From Lytechinus pictus (lineage: Eukaryota), in the NCBI RefSeq assembly GCF_037042905.1, contig NC_087246.1, positions 26,474,001-26,538,000 of the forward strand: a DNA stretch of 64,000 nucleotides, read 5' to 3'. Below the pieces are notes generated by a model. It did no database searches and had not been told where the DNA came from. It was given only the letters and a program-made list of their open reading frames with translations. Positions 15,129 through 27,500 of the stretch are shown in pieces; position 1 is the stretch's first letter; each line of letters starts with the position of its first letter. Both the position numbers and the translations under genes were made by a program.

Positions 15129-15766
15129 ACCAAGCTTTCGATTGTCTGCGACTGCAACATAGTCCTAGTTCACCGGAAGTGGTGACACCGCTCGTTCAGT
15201 ATCACGTTCGTACATTGATGTAAACAGTTTCGATTTAAGTCGACGTACCCGTACCAGGCCACAGCATATACCAGCGTGATAGCGAGCGGGCCGTGGGCCG
15301 ATGCTCGGCTGGAGAATCAGGCGTAGCAACTCGCTATGAACCAGTGGGGCGACTGTGGGTGCAACATTTGCACTCTTGCACAAAAAGCCGGAAAAAAAAA
15401 CACAGTTGTTTGGAAATAGAACATCAATTACCTATCGGATATAGTGTCTGAAAACAGGACACACTAAATGTAATGGAAAAGCTGGTAACAAGCAGTAATT
15501 TGCAGTTTACCAGCCCTGCTGAATCAACAAAACTCGAATGTTGATGCGGCTTCATTCATTTTTGCTAAGCTTGGATCGTCATCATGTACGAACTAGCGCT
15601 CGTTCGAGCACTATGACACCGAACGTCAAAACCATCAAATACGAGTCACAGATTTGGGCATTGAACGAGAAGGCTCGTCACAGATTACTTCGCGCATGCG
15701 CAGCGCTCCCAAAATTCCTGAATCTCGTACGTCCACATGGCTCGTCACAGAAAACGAAAGGTCTCT
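15129..15766. mobile_element. CpG-rich non-autonomous DNA transposon with imperfect TIRs (PIF/ISL2EU-like)
   Basis: Left ACCAAGCTTTCGATTGTCTGCGAC versus reverse complement of right AGAGACCTTTCGTTTTCTGTGAC. AAT on both flanks (15126-15128, 15767-15769). Abrupt CpG enrichment relative to the flanks; GGCTCGTCACAGA is repeated near the right end. Confidence 0.6.
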
Positions 15767-16345
15767 AATAGCAGGGCTAACCCATGAGAACCCAAGCTAA
15801 TGATGTAGTCCAGTACCATCAATGGGACCAAGACCTCCCTTAAACCCACTTGGAGTTTGTATAGGCGAAAAAAATTCATGGTAAAAAGAAAGCCTATTCA
15901 TTCATCCCAGTGCTATATAACCCTCCACTTTCTCTTTTTTAATATATCAATCTCTCTTTCTCTCGCTTTTTTACACTACATTCCCTTTCTCTCCATTCTT
16001 TTCTTTCCTATTTACTTACCTGCATGTTTCCATATTAATCAGATGGTTTAAAACCATTATTTACATTGCTCATTACATCACCTTGAGTTTATACAACCAT
16101 AAGGAGATGAGGTTAAAATCTTATCAATCATTTCTACCACAAACTATTGCAAACAAATGCATTAAGCCTTTGTGTGCAATACATGATTAAATTAATTTTG
16201 TATGTATTCCATGATGCACGGCAAGGGTTAAATTTACTTATCTAGAAATTTTATGATACATGTAGGCATCAGCATCACTCGGACAAATGATCCTAAATCA
16301 TCCAATAGTACTATTATCATATACTACTTAAATGCAATAATCAAA

Positions 16346-16382
16346 AGGAAAGTCCACCCTGAAGTCAAGTTGATTTTTATAA
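16346..16382 (+). mobile_element. Isolated left end of a Kolobok-type MITE family
   Basis: AGGAAAGTCCACCC..AAGTTGATTT resembles the left end at 63111 and the reverse complement of the end at 23964. Confidence 0.45.
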
Positions 16383-17028
16383 ATGCAATCGGGTTTGGCA
16401 CGTGAGGAGAGAGAGGGGGTGGAGAAGGGGTATCCATCAGTTGATCTGAAGAAAGACAGGACAAGACAAGACAGGGTGTGGAGACAGACAGGTAGGGACA
16501 AACAGACAGACAGGTATGCGACAGGTATGAGAAAATCTAAGGAAGAACCTGTATACTCTGGTCAGGAGATTGTAAGATATTGGACATTTCAGATACGGCT
16601 AACATACAAACAGAGAGAGATGGACACAAACCAAGACAGAGACAGCTAGACAAAATTGTTCCGTATACTTGCTATCCAAGGCCTTCTAGCATACAAAGAG
16701 GAAGAACACTATTTCTCCTGACTACTTTGCTTTCACTTCTCACGAGATCATTCCGCTATAACAATATACCAACACTGCAGTGTTCTATTCGCGGAATCAT
16801 GTCAATTGTCAATTGGCGCGAATGGTCTGAACTGACATTGATTTGGCCTGAGATGACCAGGCAGTGACCAGACTAGATGTAGGGTAGTGTCAAGGGCAGT
16901 TAGGACTAGTCTACTGCTAATAGACTCTGATACTACTCTTTGCATGTCACGTGTACTCTGTGATGGGTTTGAACTGGACTATGAATAATATGGGAAAAAC
17001 TGAACACTTGCCATTGTAATTTCTTCTG

Positions 17029-17154
17029 GTGCCTGTTTCATGATATTTGTCGCAATAACAAATTTGCAATAATAGTTAAAAGCTACTGAAATCCTTAAAA
17101 CTTATTGGCTGATAGTAAATCTGTTATAATAACAAGTCTTTAAGAAACAGGACC
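17029..17154. mobile_element. Harbinger-type MITE (CWG target class)
   Basis: GTGCCTGTTTC...GAAACAGGACC terminal inverted match; CTG on both flanks (17026-17028, 17155-17157). Confidence 0.65.
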
Positions 17155-17224
17155 CTGGTCTTATAAAATACTGGGCTTTCTATAAAATCCATCGACACTA
17201 TTGCTCAGTAAACTTGTCATCCAG

Positions 17225-17354
17225 GGCCCGGTAACATAAACCATAGCGATTGATCATGGGGTTGTTTCTATGATTGATTGCATTGAGTACTGTGTATGAT
17301 CAATTGTAAGGAATCATTCCCACTATCAATTGCTAAGCTTTATGTTACTGAACC
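17225..17354. mobile_element. Harbinger-type MITE, same family as 2193-2293
   Basis: GGCCCGGTAACATAAACCATAGCGATTGAT...ATCAATTGCTAAGCTTTATGTTACTGAACC inverted termini; CAG and CTG flanks. Confidence 0.7.
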
Positions 17355-20314
17355 CTGGATACCTTAACCTTCGAATCATTTTCAACCTCCAGGGGCCATT
17401 TTGAATATTTAGCGCAAAGACTTGTTTCTCAGAGGGAGGTATCAGGGGCAGCCCCTCTACAGTCCCACAGGGACACTTTCTGTCATTCCAAGGTGCATGT
17501 AGCTCACTCATCCCATGAACTTGAAAACGGTGGTCGGTGGACCTAATCATCACCTTATTGTAAAGATTGAGATCTACAGTAGGGTGCATTTAATCAACGT
17601 CTTCAGATTTAATCACAAACTTAATCCAAACAAAAAAGATTATTATTTTGGGAGAGTGTTTAATTGCACTGTTCCCCCTCTTTTTTTTTTCAAGCCCAAC
17701 CCACAACCCATCACGGATCAGTGGGTTTGACCTGGGAAGTAAAGGTCATCTTTGCGATGCATGTAATAATATGTTTGAACTGAAAGGAGGATAATCATCA
17801 GACTCATAATTGAGATCTGTTCAATTAAAACATTTTTTCCAAATTTCAGCAGAATTACCTTTCATAATGCATAATTTATTCCGGGTTTCAGTATTTCATG
17901 ATTCTGCTTTGAAGGAGATTTACTAGGCCTAAATGTTAAAATGTTTAAAACTTAACATTCATTAATTCAATTAACTTTCAATTTTTCTTTCTAATTCAAA
18001 TTCAAATTCAACTTTATTTCCACAGTTAAAATACGAATCATTGACACTAAAATATATTTCTAAAATGGAGGGGTCAAAGGAAGCATCAATTAAACTGATT
18101 CTACTCAACAGAAAAATTGAACTGATATTAATTCATCTGGCATTGAGGATAAGGGTGATTTACTTTTTGACAGTTTCAGTTTTTTTGCACCACCACAAAA
18201 TGTCTCTGCAAGTCATGTATCATGTAAAATTATAAGGGGGTTAACTAATGACAATACAGAGTTGATACACTTATAGCTCTAAACAAATAAGGTTTGCATA
18301 AAAAAGTTGTATGCCCTTCTTGTTCTGATGAGGATTAGAAACCTCTTCTACTCTAGAAGTAGACAATAGTGGAACAAGAATGACCAGATGCTGCCCTTCT
18401 GCTTCCGAACAGCATATAAACCTCAACTGTACTAGAAGTCAAGACTAGTAGAACTACACTGACCAGAGTTGCATATGTCACAACTTGTAACGCTGCTGGC
18501 TATAAATAGAGAACGTCAGACAGACCCTCACTGCCCATCCTGATGCTCCGATCAGTGATGTCATCCTGAAAAACGGAAGGAACTCTGGCTTTCTATCTGT
18601 CTGTTCAGACAGGCTAGGAAGGTCATGTACAGCCTTGCATTCAAACACACAGATAGAACCATAGTACAATCACGATCTAGGTTAATATCAATTAATACAC
18701 AGGTCTCACCTTGCCACTCCTATTTCAGCTCTAGGTCTGAAGACATGGAATCTCTCCCCTTGCTGTTTAAAAGTCCTATTCATTTGTGTTAGCAGAACTG
18801 AATAGTTCTCACCACCCCAACTTTTTAAGTATTGTAAGGAGCTGATTAGCATGCCTGAATAGGTAACAATACACCCCTCCTTCTCTTATTCCCTCACCTT
18901 CATTAACCCTCTCTTTGTCTAATTCTTTACCCCTCCAGGTAAAGAATCTTTGATTGGGGGGCGCGATACCATATTGGACTCCACTGGTGCCTCAGAAAAG
19001 GGAGGGGTCAGGGATAGTTCAATTACCGCTTAATTCTTACAGCAAACATGTCCCTGCTTATTTCACCAAAATTAATGATCTTTGGTAAGCTTGTTAGCTG
19101 AAGATTGAATTTCAAAATTAAATCTTGGATTCTATTCAAGAAGGTATGGAGGAATTTAATAAAAGTTGTTGAACTACAACGAACAAACAAACTATGCAGA
19201 ACTTTACAATCATATATCTTTCAAGAAATTAACTGACCATAGAATTTAGAAAAGGAAGACTACAAGAAATAAGCCTAACTGTTAAGTTAATTATTCACTC
19301 AGGTATACATATAGGGCATATATGTATAGTTCAGAAAATACCAAAATATCAATAATATAACCATGAATTATCACAGACCAATAAAAATGTACTTTTTAAT
19401 ACAGACCACAAAATAAAAAAAGTACAGTACTGTATCAAGCAAAATTCCTTTCACATTCCAAAAAAGAACCCTTACACTATTTCCTTTTGCATTTTCCCTT
19501 CAATTTTTCCAGTATTGCGGCAGAGAGACAAAAATGAATAAAGAACCCATGTTCATTTGAACTACATATATGCCTTGGTAAATTTGAGCGGTGTGCACTT
19601 AATACCAGTAATTGTATGCAGAAGGGTCTGAGGGAAGAGACTAATATTTTGACCAGTGCTCTGATTACCAGACAGTTCCTATGATAAGAACATATGGTCA
19701 GTCTGTATTGCAGTCATAACTAACAGAGGTGACATGAGGACAAAGTACTACTTGACCATTGGCTCATCAATAGTCAAGTCAAGCTTTTCTAGACCTCTAT
19801 CAATTAGAATTGAATCTACTTCTGTTTTATTCTTCGATATTCAAAATGGATGTGACACAGTTTTGGTAGATAAGGTATAAAGTACTTCCTTAAATTAAAA
19901 TGTACATAGACCCTTTTCTTTAAAATTGGCACAAAATGTGCCTCATCATTTCCCTTCTGACATTATCAAATTAGAAATCTACATCTTCTTTTAAAGTTCA
20001 CCTGAATCATTAAAAGAATAAAATATGGAATTTCATTATTTATCATACTCTTTAGGACCCTTGCACAATTATTTGTCTGTATTGTATCTACTAGTCTTCA
20101 GTTTCCCAGTCCTTTCTCTAATTTGTCTCTTTATAATTTTCTTCACATCATCCTCATTTAGATCTCAGTTTTCTTTTTAAATGACATTTTGTACTATTCT
20201 CCCCTTTTTTATTATTTAGGGTAGTATGTAATCATATTTACTCTCACATAATTCAATTAAAAATAATAATTAGTAACTTATTATGCCTATAATCAACTCA
20301 ATCAACAGGTCTAA

Positions 20315-20758
20315 GAGGGGATTCACACGCCCGCATTTTGCGTCATTCGAATGACGCAGTTCGAGCGTGTGAATGCAAAATAGCGTAATTTGAAATGCGC
20401 AATTCAAATGATGGTATTGAGGTGTTTTCCAGTGACGATATTCCAGAATGACGGAGCGAAAAAGCCGTGTGAATGCTTTGACCTCCAAGACGTAATTCTG
20501 GGGGCGGAGCTTACGGTGACCTTTCAACCACTTCCGTAGAAAAACCCGCTATTTCCTGCTCTGTTGGCAAATTTTAGCGATGCACGAGTGATTGACGGGG
20601 TACGAAAAAGAAGCCACACCTCTTCTTATCGGTGCGAAACGTAAAGCCGCAGAATTCCCAAATCCTCCTGAGCCTTGTGAATGGAAGATGATTCTAGCGT
20701 ATTTGGCATTGCAATTAAGCATTCAAATGACTCAGAATGCGAGCGTGTGAAACCCCTC
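20315..20758. mobile_element. PIF/Harbinger non-autonomous element, 444 bp, TAA TSD
   Basis: ~40-bp TIR: GAGGGGATTCACACGCCCGCATTTTGCGTCATTCGAATG versus reverse complement of right end GAGGGGTTTCACACGCTCGCATTCTGAGTCATTTGAATG. TAA at 20312-20314 and 20759-20761. Internal GTGTGAATGC repeats. Confidence 0.92.
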
Positions 20759-23669
20759 TAAATAACTTGCTTTCTAGGTTTGAACTTGGATTGTTTAGAT
20801 TCCCAGGTAATCCCTTGTCATTCTTAGTCAAATCAATTCAGAAATGTGGATCACTTTGACTAAGAATGGAGTTGAATCCCAGCTCATACCATTCAGAGTC
20901 AACTCTGATGCTGCAGACATGTTTATTTCTGATGAAAAAACTACAGATACATAACCACATAGAACTATGGCACAGAGATACCATGGTATGTACAGTGATA
21001 ATTACAATCTTCATAAACTGTTGACAGTTACAAAACAGTTAGCTTGCAGGTAAATCTCTTTGGAATTAAAACCTTTAAATGAGACATGGAATGAATAGGC
21101 TTCTTTCATTCTTTTTTTTTCACTTTGCATAGACTTAAAGAGGGTCAAAAGAATAATAAGAGAGGGCAGAGATGATGATGAAGAGATGGAGGGATTATCT
21201 GAAAGATAAAAGAAAGAGAACCTTAGCTGTAGAGAGGTAACAAAAGAACACCCCTTTTATAGAGGCTCCCATTTACATTGTGTGATCACCCAGGGACCAC
21301 TTCTATTTGAGCTGTTTAAAATGCAAAGTAGATTCTGCCTCGCTCAAGTGGACTGACACAATACCGAGCCTGGCACTCATAATCAACTCCCAATTTTACC
21401 AAATGGAAATTAGGCAACAAACACGATGAATCAAAAGAAATATTGCGACAAGGGGAGAACACAAAAAAAAATATATAGACCAAACAAAAAGCTGCAGGGC
21501 TGTGGAAAATTGTTGAATCTACAGGAAATTTTTCAGCAAACAATGTCATGAAGTAATCAAATATTTGAGATGCTTCAGTTAATAAATGAGATATGTTACG
21601 CTTTCTTTCCGAAAGCTAGTTTCAAGTAGACTTGGTAATCCGTGTTTAAATTGGTAAATCAAAGTTTGGCTTCTTGCATGAAAGACAAGTGAGAAGTTAA
21701 ACTTGTCATGAAGTGTATACCAGTGGAATAACTCCATCATATACCCACCCTATTCATTCAACTACATCACATTCCTATGAACCTAAATTTACATGAAAAG
21801 CAAACGTGTTTGTTTGTCATTTTCGTCTCTTTTTAACCAGACTTGAACAAGCAGCGCGATGGAAGCTATATGAAGCGAGGATAAGTCGGAAGCGTACATC
21901 ATCCGAGCAGCTATCTTACCCCCATGATGACGATAGTCCAAGAAAGCCCCATCATCAAGTCATTTGATAGAGTCTTAGGAAAATCTTGCCATCTCATTAT
22001 TCATGCTTCCTTTTAGCTGTGAGATCACGCCAAGTCTCTAAGGCACCACGGCCTTCCACACAAAACACATGATTATGTAAATTGTATGATTACGGCAACA
22101 GAAAAAAAAACACAAGGTGGAATAATGAGAGAGATAATGGAGAAGAGAGGGAAGGAAGAGAGTGGAAGAGAAAGAGAGAGAGACCTGGGTAAGCCTAGCT
22201 AGAGCTGTGGAGGAATTGACGGCCAGCAATGACGGATGAACTGTGAAGAAGACTCTTGTTTGAACACGCATCCACGAGATGACCCGAGAAATTTTCCGCC
22301 CGAGCGGCCGGCCAATTCTAAGCAAACTTGCATTGCTTATTCAAGCTGCTGATATTATACGATTCAATTATGGCAGCCATCGTGACCTCAGTCGAAACAA
22401 AAACCCATCGTCTTAAAAATACGATTGAGAGGGGCAGAGCTAATCCCAAAGTGAAGTCATAAGACCCCTTTTATAAACAAAAAGAGGGATTTCGGGAGGA
22501 AAAAGAAGACGGGGGTATGGCTTACCAGTTGAAAGGTGTGAGAAGAAATCACAGAATTTGTCTTATGGTACTGTGAGATATGTGGGTCAAGTTTGTATCG
22601 CGACCACCTGTTATACCCCACCCAATGGTGTGGAGACCCCCCTGAAAACAATAGCTTGGCTTAATTAAACCCCTTTCCTGTTGAACTCCCATTCACCGTA
22701 ACACAACCTTCCTTGGACAGGGGGAGCTTAGATCCCTTCCCTACTACCGGGCTCTTCAGTATCTTCCCTCCAATCTTCTTCTATGCTGATTAATCTCTAG
22801 ATAATGACCCTACCTACAATATGATGGAAGGGTGACGAAGGATAACAAAAAGGGAACTGGTGTCTTAAGGATGGTTCATATTTCATAGCATCATACCTCA
22901 CCGGTGTTCTGACACAAGATAAGGTTTCTTGCTCGCTACCCTGCCAAGAGGGGCCCCACCATCTTCTTCACCCATCTGACTCATTTCAAAAGACTAGGAT
23001 GGGATGGAATTATCCCTTTTCCAATTCTCACACTTGCGCTTGTCCAACGAACCACACATATTACCTCATAAATGGCTGTGACACCATGGAAGCTGTAACA
23101 TACCAACACTGACTTCCCCCGAACCAACAAGTCAAATTTTTTTTGTTTTGGCACATTTCTTTCTTACGCCAGTAATAATGCTCTTGACATAATCTTGCCA
23201 ATTACTTATTGTTTAGTTATAACAGTCATAGAGGTTTAAGTGAAAATCTCAAATTGTATATATGAAGCTATGGTCTAAGAAATATGTTGAAAATAGCTAC
23301 ATAGAAATAAGTTTTGGAACTTGCTACTTTCATTTTAAACAAATTAGTTCACTATTTTGACGCTGATGGCAGTGAGCTACTGGTATTCGCATTGAAATCC
23401 AATTTTCCCATGCAGTATTAATATGATTTGCCCATTCTAAAAGCATTTAAATATCAAAACTCTTTTCTTTTTCTTGAACCTTACATTGGTGATTAAAATC
23501 GGGAGGCTCAATTAAAACATCAATAAGCTCCTAATTAAAATATGTTTACAAAAAAATGGATATTATCATGTTGAAAGACTCTTGAAAGGTTAATTAGATG
23601 TGATGATAAAGAATTACGCTCTTGATGGTAAAAGCTGATTTAGCACATTCCAGGAGGATCCATAAAATT

Positions 23670-23964
23670 AAAGGAAAACAAAAATGAAAAAAAAAATATT
23701 GAAATATGAATGAACTGGCAAGTGTGTGACATCAACTCTCTCATTTGCATATCTGTTTACTTTTTGAAAAATTAAGCAAAATGAAAATCCTATAAATTCA
23801 TATTTTACAAGATAAAATTAATTATGCTTTCACAAAAATTTTGATTTCTCATAGCATCCACTTCTAAATCCTTAGCTGAATATTTAAGCTTTCCTGAGTG
23901 TTATGTTTGTTTCAATTTTGTTTTCATTATTCAAAACAATTTCATGTTGGGGTGGACTCATCCT
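23670..23964 (+). mobile_element. Partial Kolobok-type MITE (right part), same family as 63111-63611
   Basis: Shares GTG..GACATCA and the right end TTATG(C/T)TTGTTT...GG(G/A)TGGACT.A.C with 63111-63611. Confidence 0.55.
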
Positions 23965-24239
23965 TTTATGGACCAATATCATGGTTAAAACCCTTCTATC
24001 AATCAATATCATTAAAAAATGCAAACACAATCTTGGCCGCTCTTATTATTCTTCATCTGTATTAGTTATTAGGATACTTCAAAAACAATTCACAATGCAC
24101 TTGCACTTGCATCAACATGATTATAACTTTCTCATTTGAATTTTTCTTTCCCTATCTACTTTTTGGTGAAAATATTCCTATTATTTTGTGCAAGAAAAGA
24201 TAAGTCTCTTTTATTGCACTGTATATCTGGTTATCCTTC

Positions 24240-24535
24240 CCCTTTCCTTTCGAGGCCTTTATCAATATCAAGCTCTAAGCTTAAGATGGAGGTTTCCTAC
24301 ATTCCAAAATGTAATATGTTGATATATGCATATATATACATTTTTCTGCTATTTGTTTTAATAATTTAGAAAAAAATTTATCAGGTATAGATATATTTCA
24401 GGTAGATTGTTAGAATGTATGTATGCATATGTTATTCTTTATGTCATTTGCTTATGTTGTGCTGAGAAAAAAAATATTACACTTGTATATACTTTTGTTA
24501 TTGGAATGTGGAAATAAATAAATCAAATAAAATCA
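24240..24535 (+). mobile_element. Probable LINE (CR1/L2-clade) 3' UTR remnant
   Basis: Ends in a GGAAATAAATAAATCAAATAAAATCAA short-repeat tail, preceded by T-rich UTR-like sequence and a stem-loop-like GGCCTTT..CAAGCT..AGCTT..GGAGGTT segment. Confidence 0.4.
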
Positions 24536-27500
24536 ATGAAACCAATGCTCAATAACAATGCTAGTTGTTGATTCTTTCTAATCTAAGCTTTCTCACACTT
24601 GAAAGCAAAGGAGTTTAAAAGAAGTGAAAATATCTCACCAAGGGTCATTAAAAGGGCTTTAATGAATCTCTTGCCATCCATGAAATGAATTTAATAGGAA
24701 TACTTTTATAGAAAATCAGATATCTTGAGATGAAAATTTATCAATTACTTCACTCAATGTTTGAGGAGATTTAGATGACAGCATACAAAAGAAAATTCAT
24801 TGAAACCATGTAGGCCTATGTTGATTCCAAATTCTGAATAGCTCATAGCCGAGATCTTCTTGTGATCAATAAAATGATAGCTTTTAATAACCTGAAGAGA
24901 ACATGAGGGAAGAGTAAATTAAAAATCTAATTAAAATGAAATTCAGAAGAAAGGGATTAATAAAGCTCAATCTCATCTTCAGAATACAGAATCAAGATTT
25001 CAAGAAACAGTGTTGTGATCTGATCTGTCCTCATGAGGTGAACTCGTTGTTTGACTTTCTTGCGAGATACACCACGAGCACGAAGGATGTGTCGCAATCA
25101 AGACGGCTTGCTTCGGCCGGGGACACTTCTCTTGCAACGTAATTACGAGCGAGCCTTTCCAGGGGATCGAATGGCCACAGATTAACGCAGCCATTAGTGG
25201 GACAGCTTGCATCGTGCAACAATGTACAAAAGGATGTGCCTAGTAACTCGAGCCATCACTCATTAATTTACGCAACCTGCCCCGGACTTAAGGGCCCAAA
25301 GGGGGAAAAGTTTAAGGACATCGTCATGGCGACAAATGACTGCCGGAGATTAGGCCGCCGCATCTTGCAATTAAATCCAAGCTTGGTTGCCACAGAAGAA
25401 GACAAAAATATGCAAAGCTTGGAGTTAAGAAGCTCTTCATGATGATAATTACCACTTGGTTGTGATGAAGATTCTTGGACCTTTTCTTAATTTCTACTTT
25501 TGGTTGGAAGAAAGCCGAGTCTTAACTACTCTCTCATTTCGACCCATCGGCGAGAGAAAGAGACATCTGATTGGCTTGTGGCAGCCAATCATGAGCATTA
25601 CAAACGAGCGAAAGATTCTTGCTTAATTACCAAGGGTTCATTATCTTGGAGAATGCCCGGGGACAATCTCTCTAGCTTTCATTAATTACCACAAGCCCTA
25701 AGTCCTTGCTTGCAGTTCTTATACCTAACCATGGATCAATCTATTTCTCTGTAATCTTTCCTTAGTCTTAAGTTATATCTATATACTATCCATTTCTGTT
25801 TGCTTATACACATTTTTACTGATTCCATCAATCTCAGCCCCCCCCCCCCCACCGATCCTTAAATACCCCAAGTGAAACTTGACAAAATTAGGTAAAAAAC
25901 TTTCATCCACAAGGGAAAATAAACTTTAATAGGAAGTAAAATCAATGTAGGTCTTGTCAGGATATTTTTTTGAAAATTGATTATGGACTGGTAACTAAGA
26001 CTAACAAGCATACACAACACTGCTCATTATTCTCAATTATACACTCGCCATAAAACTTTTAATTTGGTGTCTCGGGCAACGGGCAAAGGTCCATTTTTTT
26101 TACTTCCTTTCAATCAGAAATAAAAGCCAACAGCATGATGAAGGAAAAGCAGCGACAATGTCAGAGATTTATTCTTCATTTTCTTTTGTTGTTTCACACA
26201 CAGGTTGATCGCTGAAATTCAATGACACCTGACTCGCTTTCTTTATGTCGGCCATTTTAATTGCAAAGAAAAAAAAATCTATTGAATTTGTATAACCCAA
26301 ATTTGATTATCATTGGAGGAAAAGGAACAAATGTTGATCTTTATTGAGCATTTCATAGGCAAACATCTATCTCTAGGGTTCTATTCAAGTGTGGAATGTA
26401 TTAATAATGATCAAGAAAGCAACTAGAACGAAATACAAATATGATCAGGAAATAGAGATTTATTCCATTGTCTCATTCCGAAAAACAAGTCCTCATCTGC
26501 TTTTGAGGAGGCCAAGTTTGAGAGCGATGGAAGCGCAGTGAGCCGAGACAGGACTGACACCTTCTGTGAGAGAGTGAGCACCGATTCTGAGGTTCGAGGC
26601 ATCCCACCTACCCCCTCACTACGCTCACAGCACACGCATCACCACGGATTGACTGCATCGCATCACAGCTCACCACTCAACCAACACATGGCTGCATAAC
26701 ATTACGTAAAAACATGGGACACGCTTTCTCCCTCGCCAGCTCTCGACCATGTCAAGGTTCTTGATTTATGTGAAGAAAAGATGCCGTCTGGACCCCGATG
26801 TAGCAAAGAATAGACTTTTTTCCTTTCTATTTTGATGCCATTGAGATGAAAACATGGGCTTCCCCCGTCGCCATAGCAGCAAGGAGAAAATAGGACATGA
26901 CTGTGACCCCCTCCCCAACCCCCTCAGGAATAGGGTCAGTGAACTAAAAACCAACTAGTCTCGACTCCAGTCATATCTAGAATATCAGTATGGCATACCC
27001 TCTGTTTCAAAAATAAGAAAGGTATGAACAGAAAATTGGAAAAGGCCTGTGCAGGAGACAACATAGGCCTACCGGTACTCACCCATACATCCGATTGTGC
27101 TATCTGGGCAAACAAAATATACTGAGTGAAAATTCAAAATCCTGCACGAATTCAGATGTTTCACAACTGACATGGTAAAGAAAAAGAAAATGACTCAAAT
27201 CAACCATTGAAATGTTAAGCAAGAAATTTGATACATTAGATAAATAGCATCTCTACCTTGACTTTTATTAGCTATTATTAAAAACGTATGTCTGGTTTTA
27301 CCAGACAAGAAGAATGTCATTAATTGCTTCATATGACCGTAGCTGTACGCTGCGCAATAACACGGCATACAGAGAAACAGAAACCTAAGAAAACATAGAG
27401 CCTCTTCAATTATGAATAATCAAAGAAAATATTCACAAAGGTCGGGTAAACATCGCTGTATTTTCTTTTGTCACGAATTAGATTCTAGATGTATAATCAT

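Noticed and set aside
19423-19434. TACAGTA/TACTGTA Tc1-like footprints
   Set aside because: The copies I noted in the window do not exceed the rough chance expectation for these AT-rich 7-mers.
20819-20870. 14-bp stem hairpin resembling a pre-miRNA
   Set aside because: The stem is too short, it matches no miRNA I recognise, and it is likely a decayed foldback repeat.
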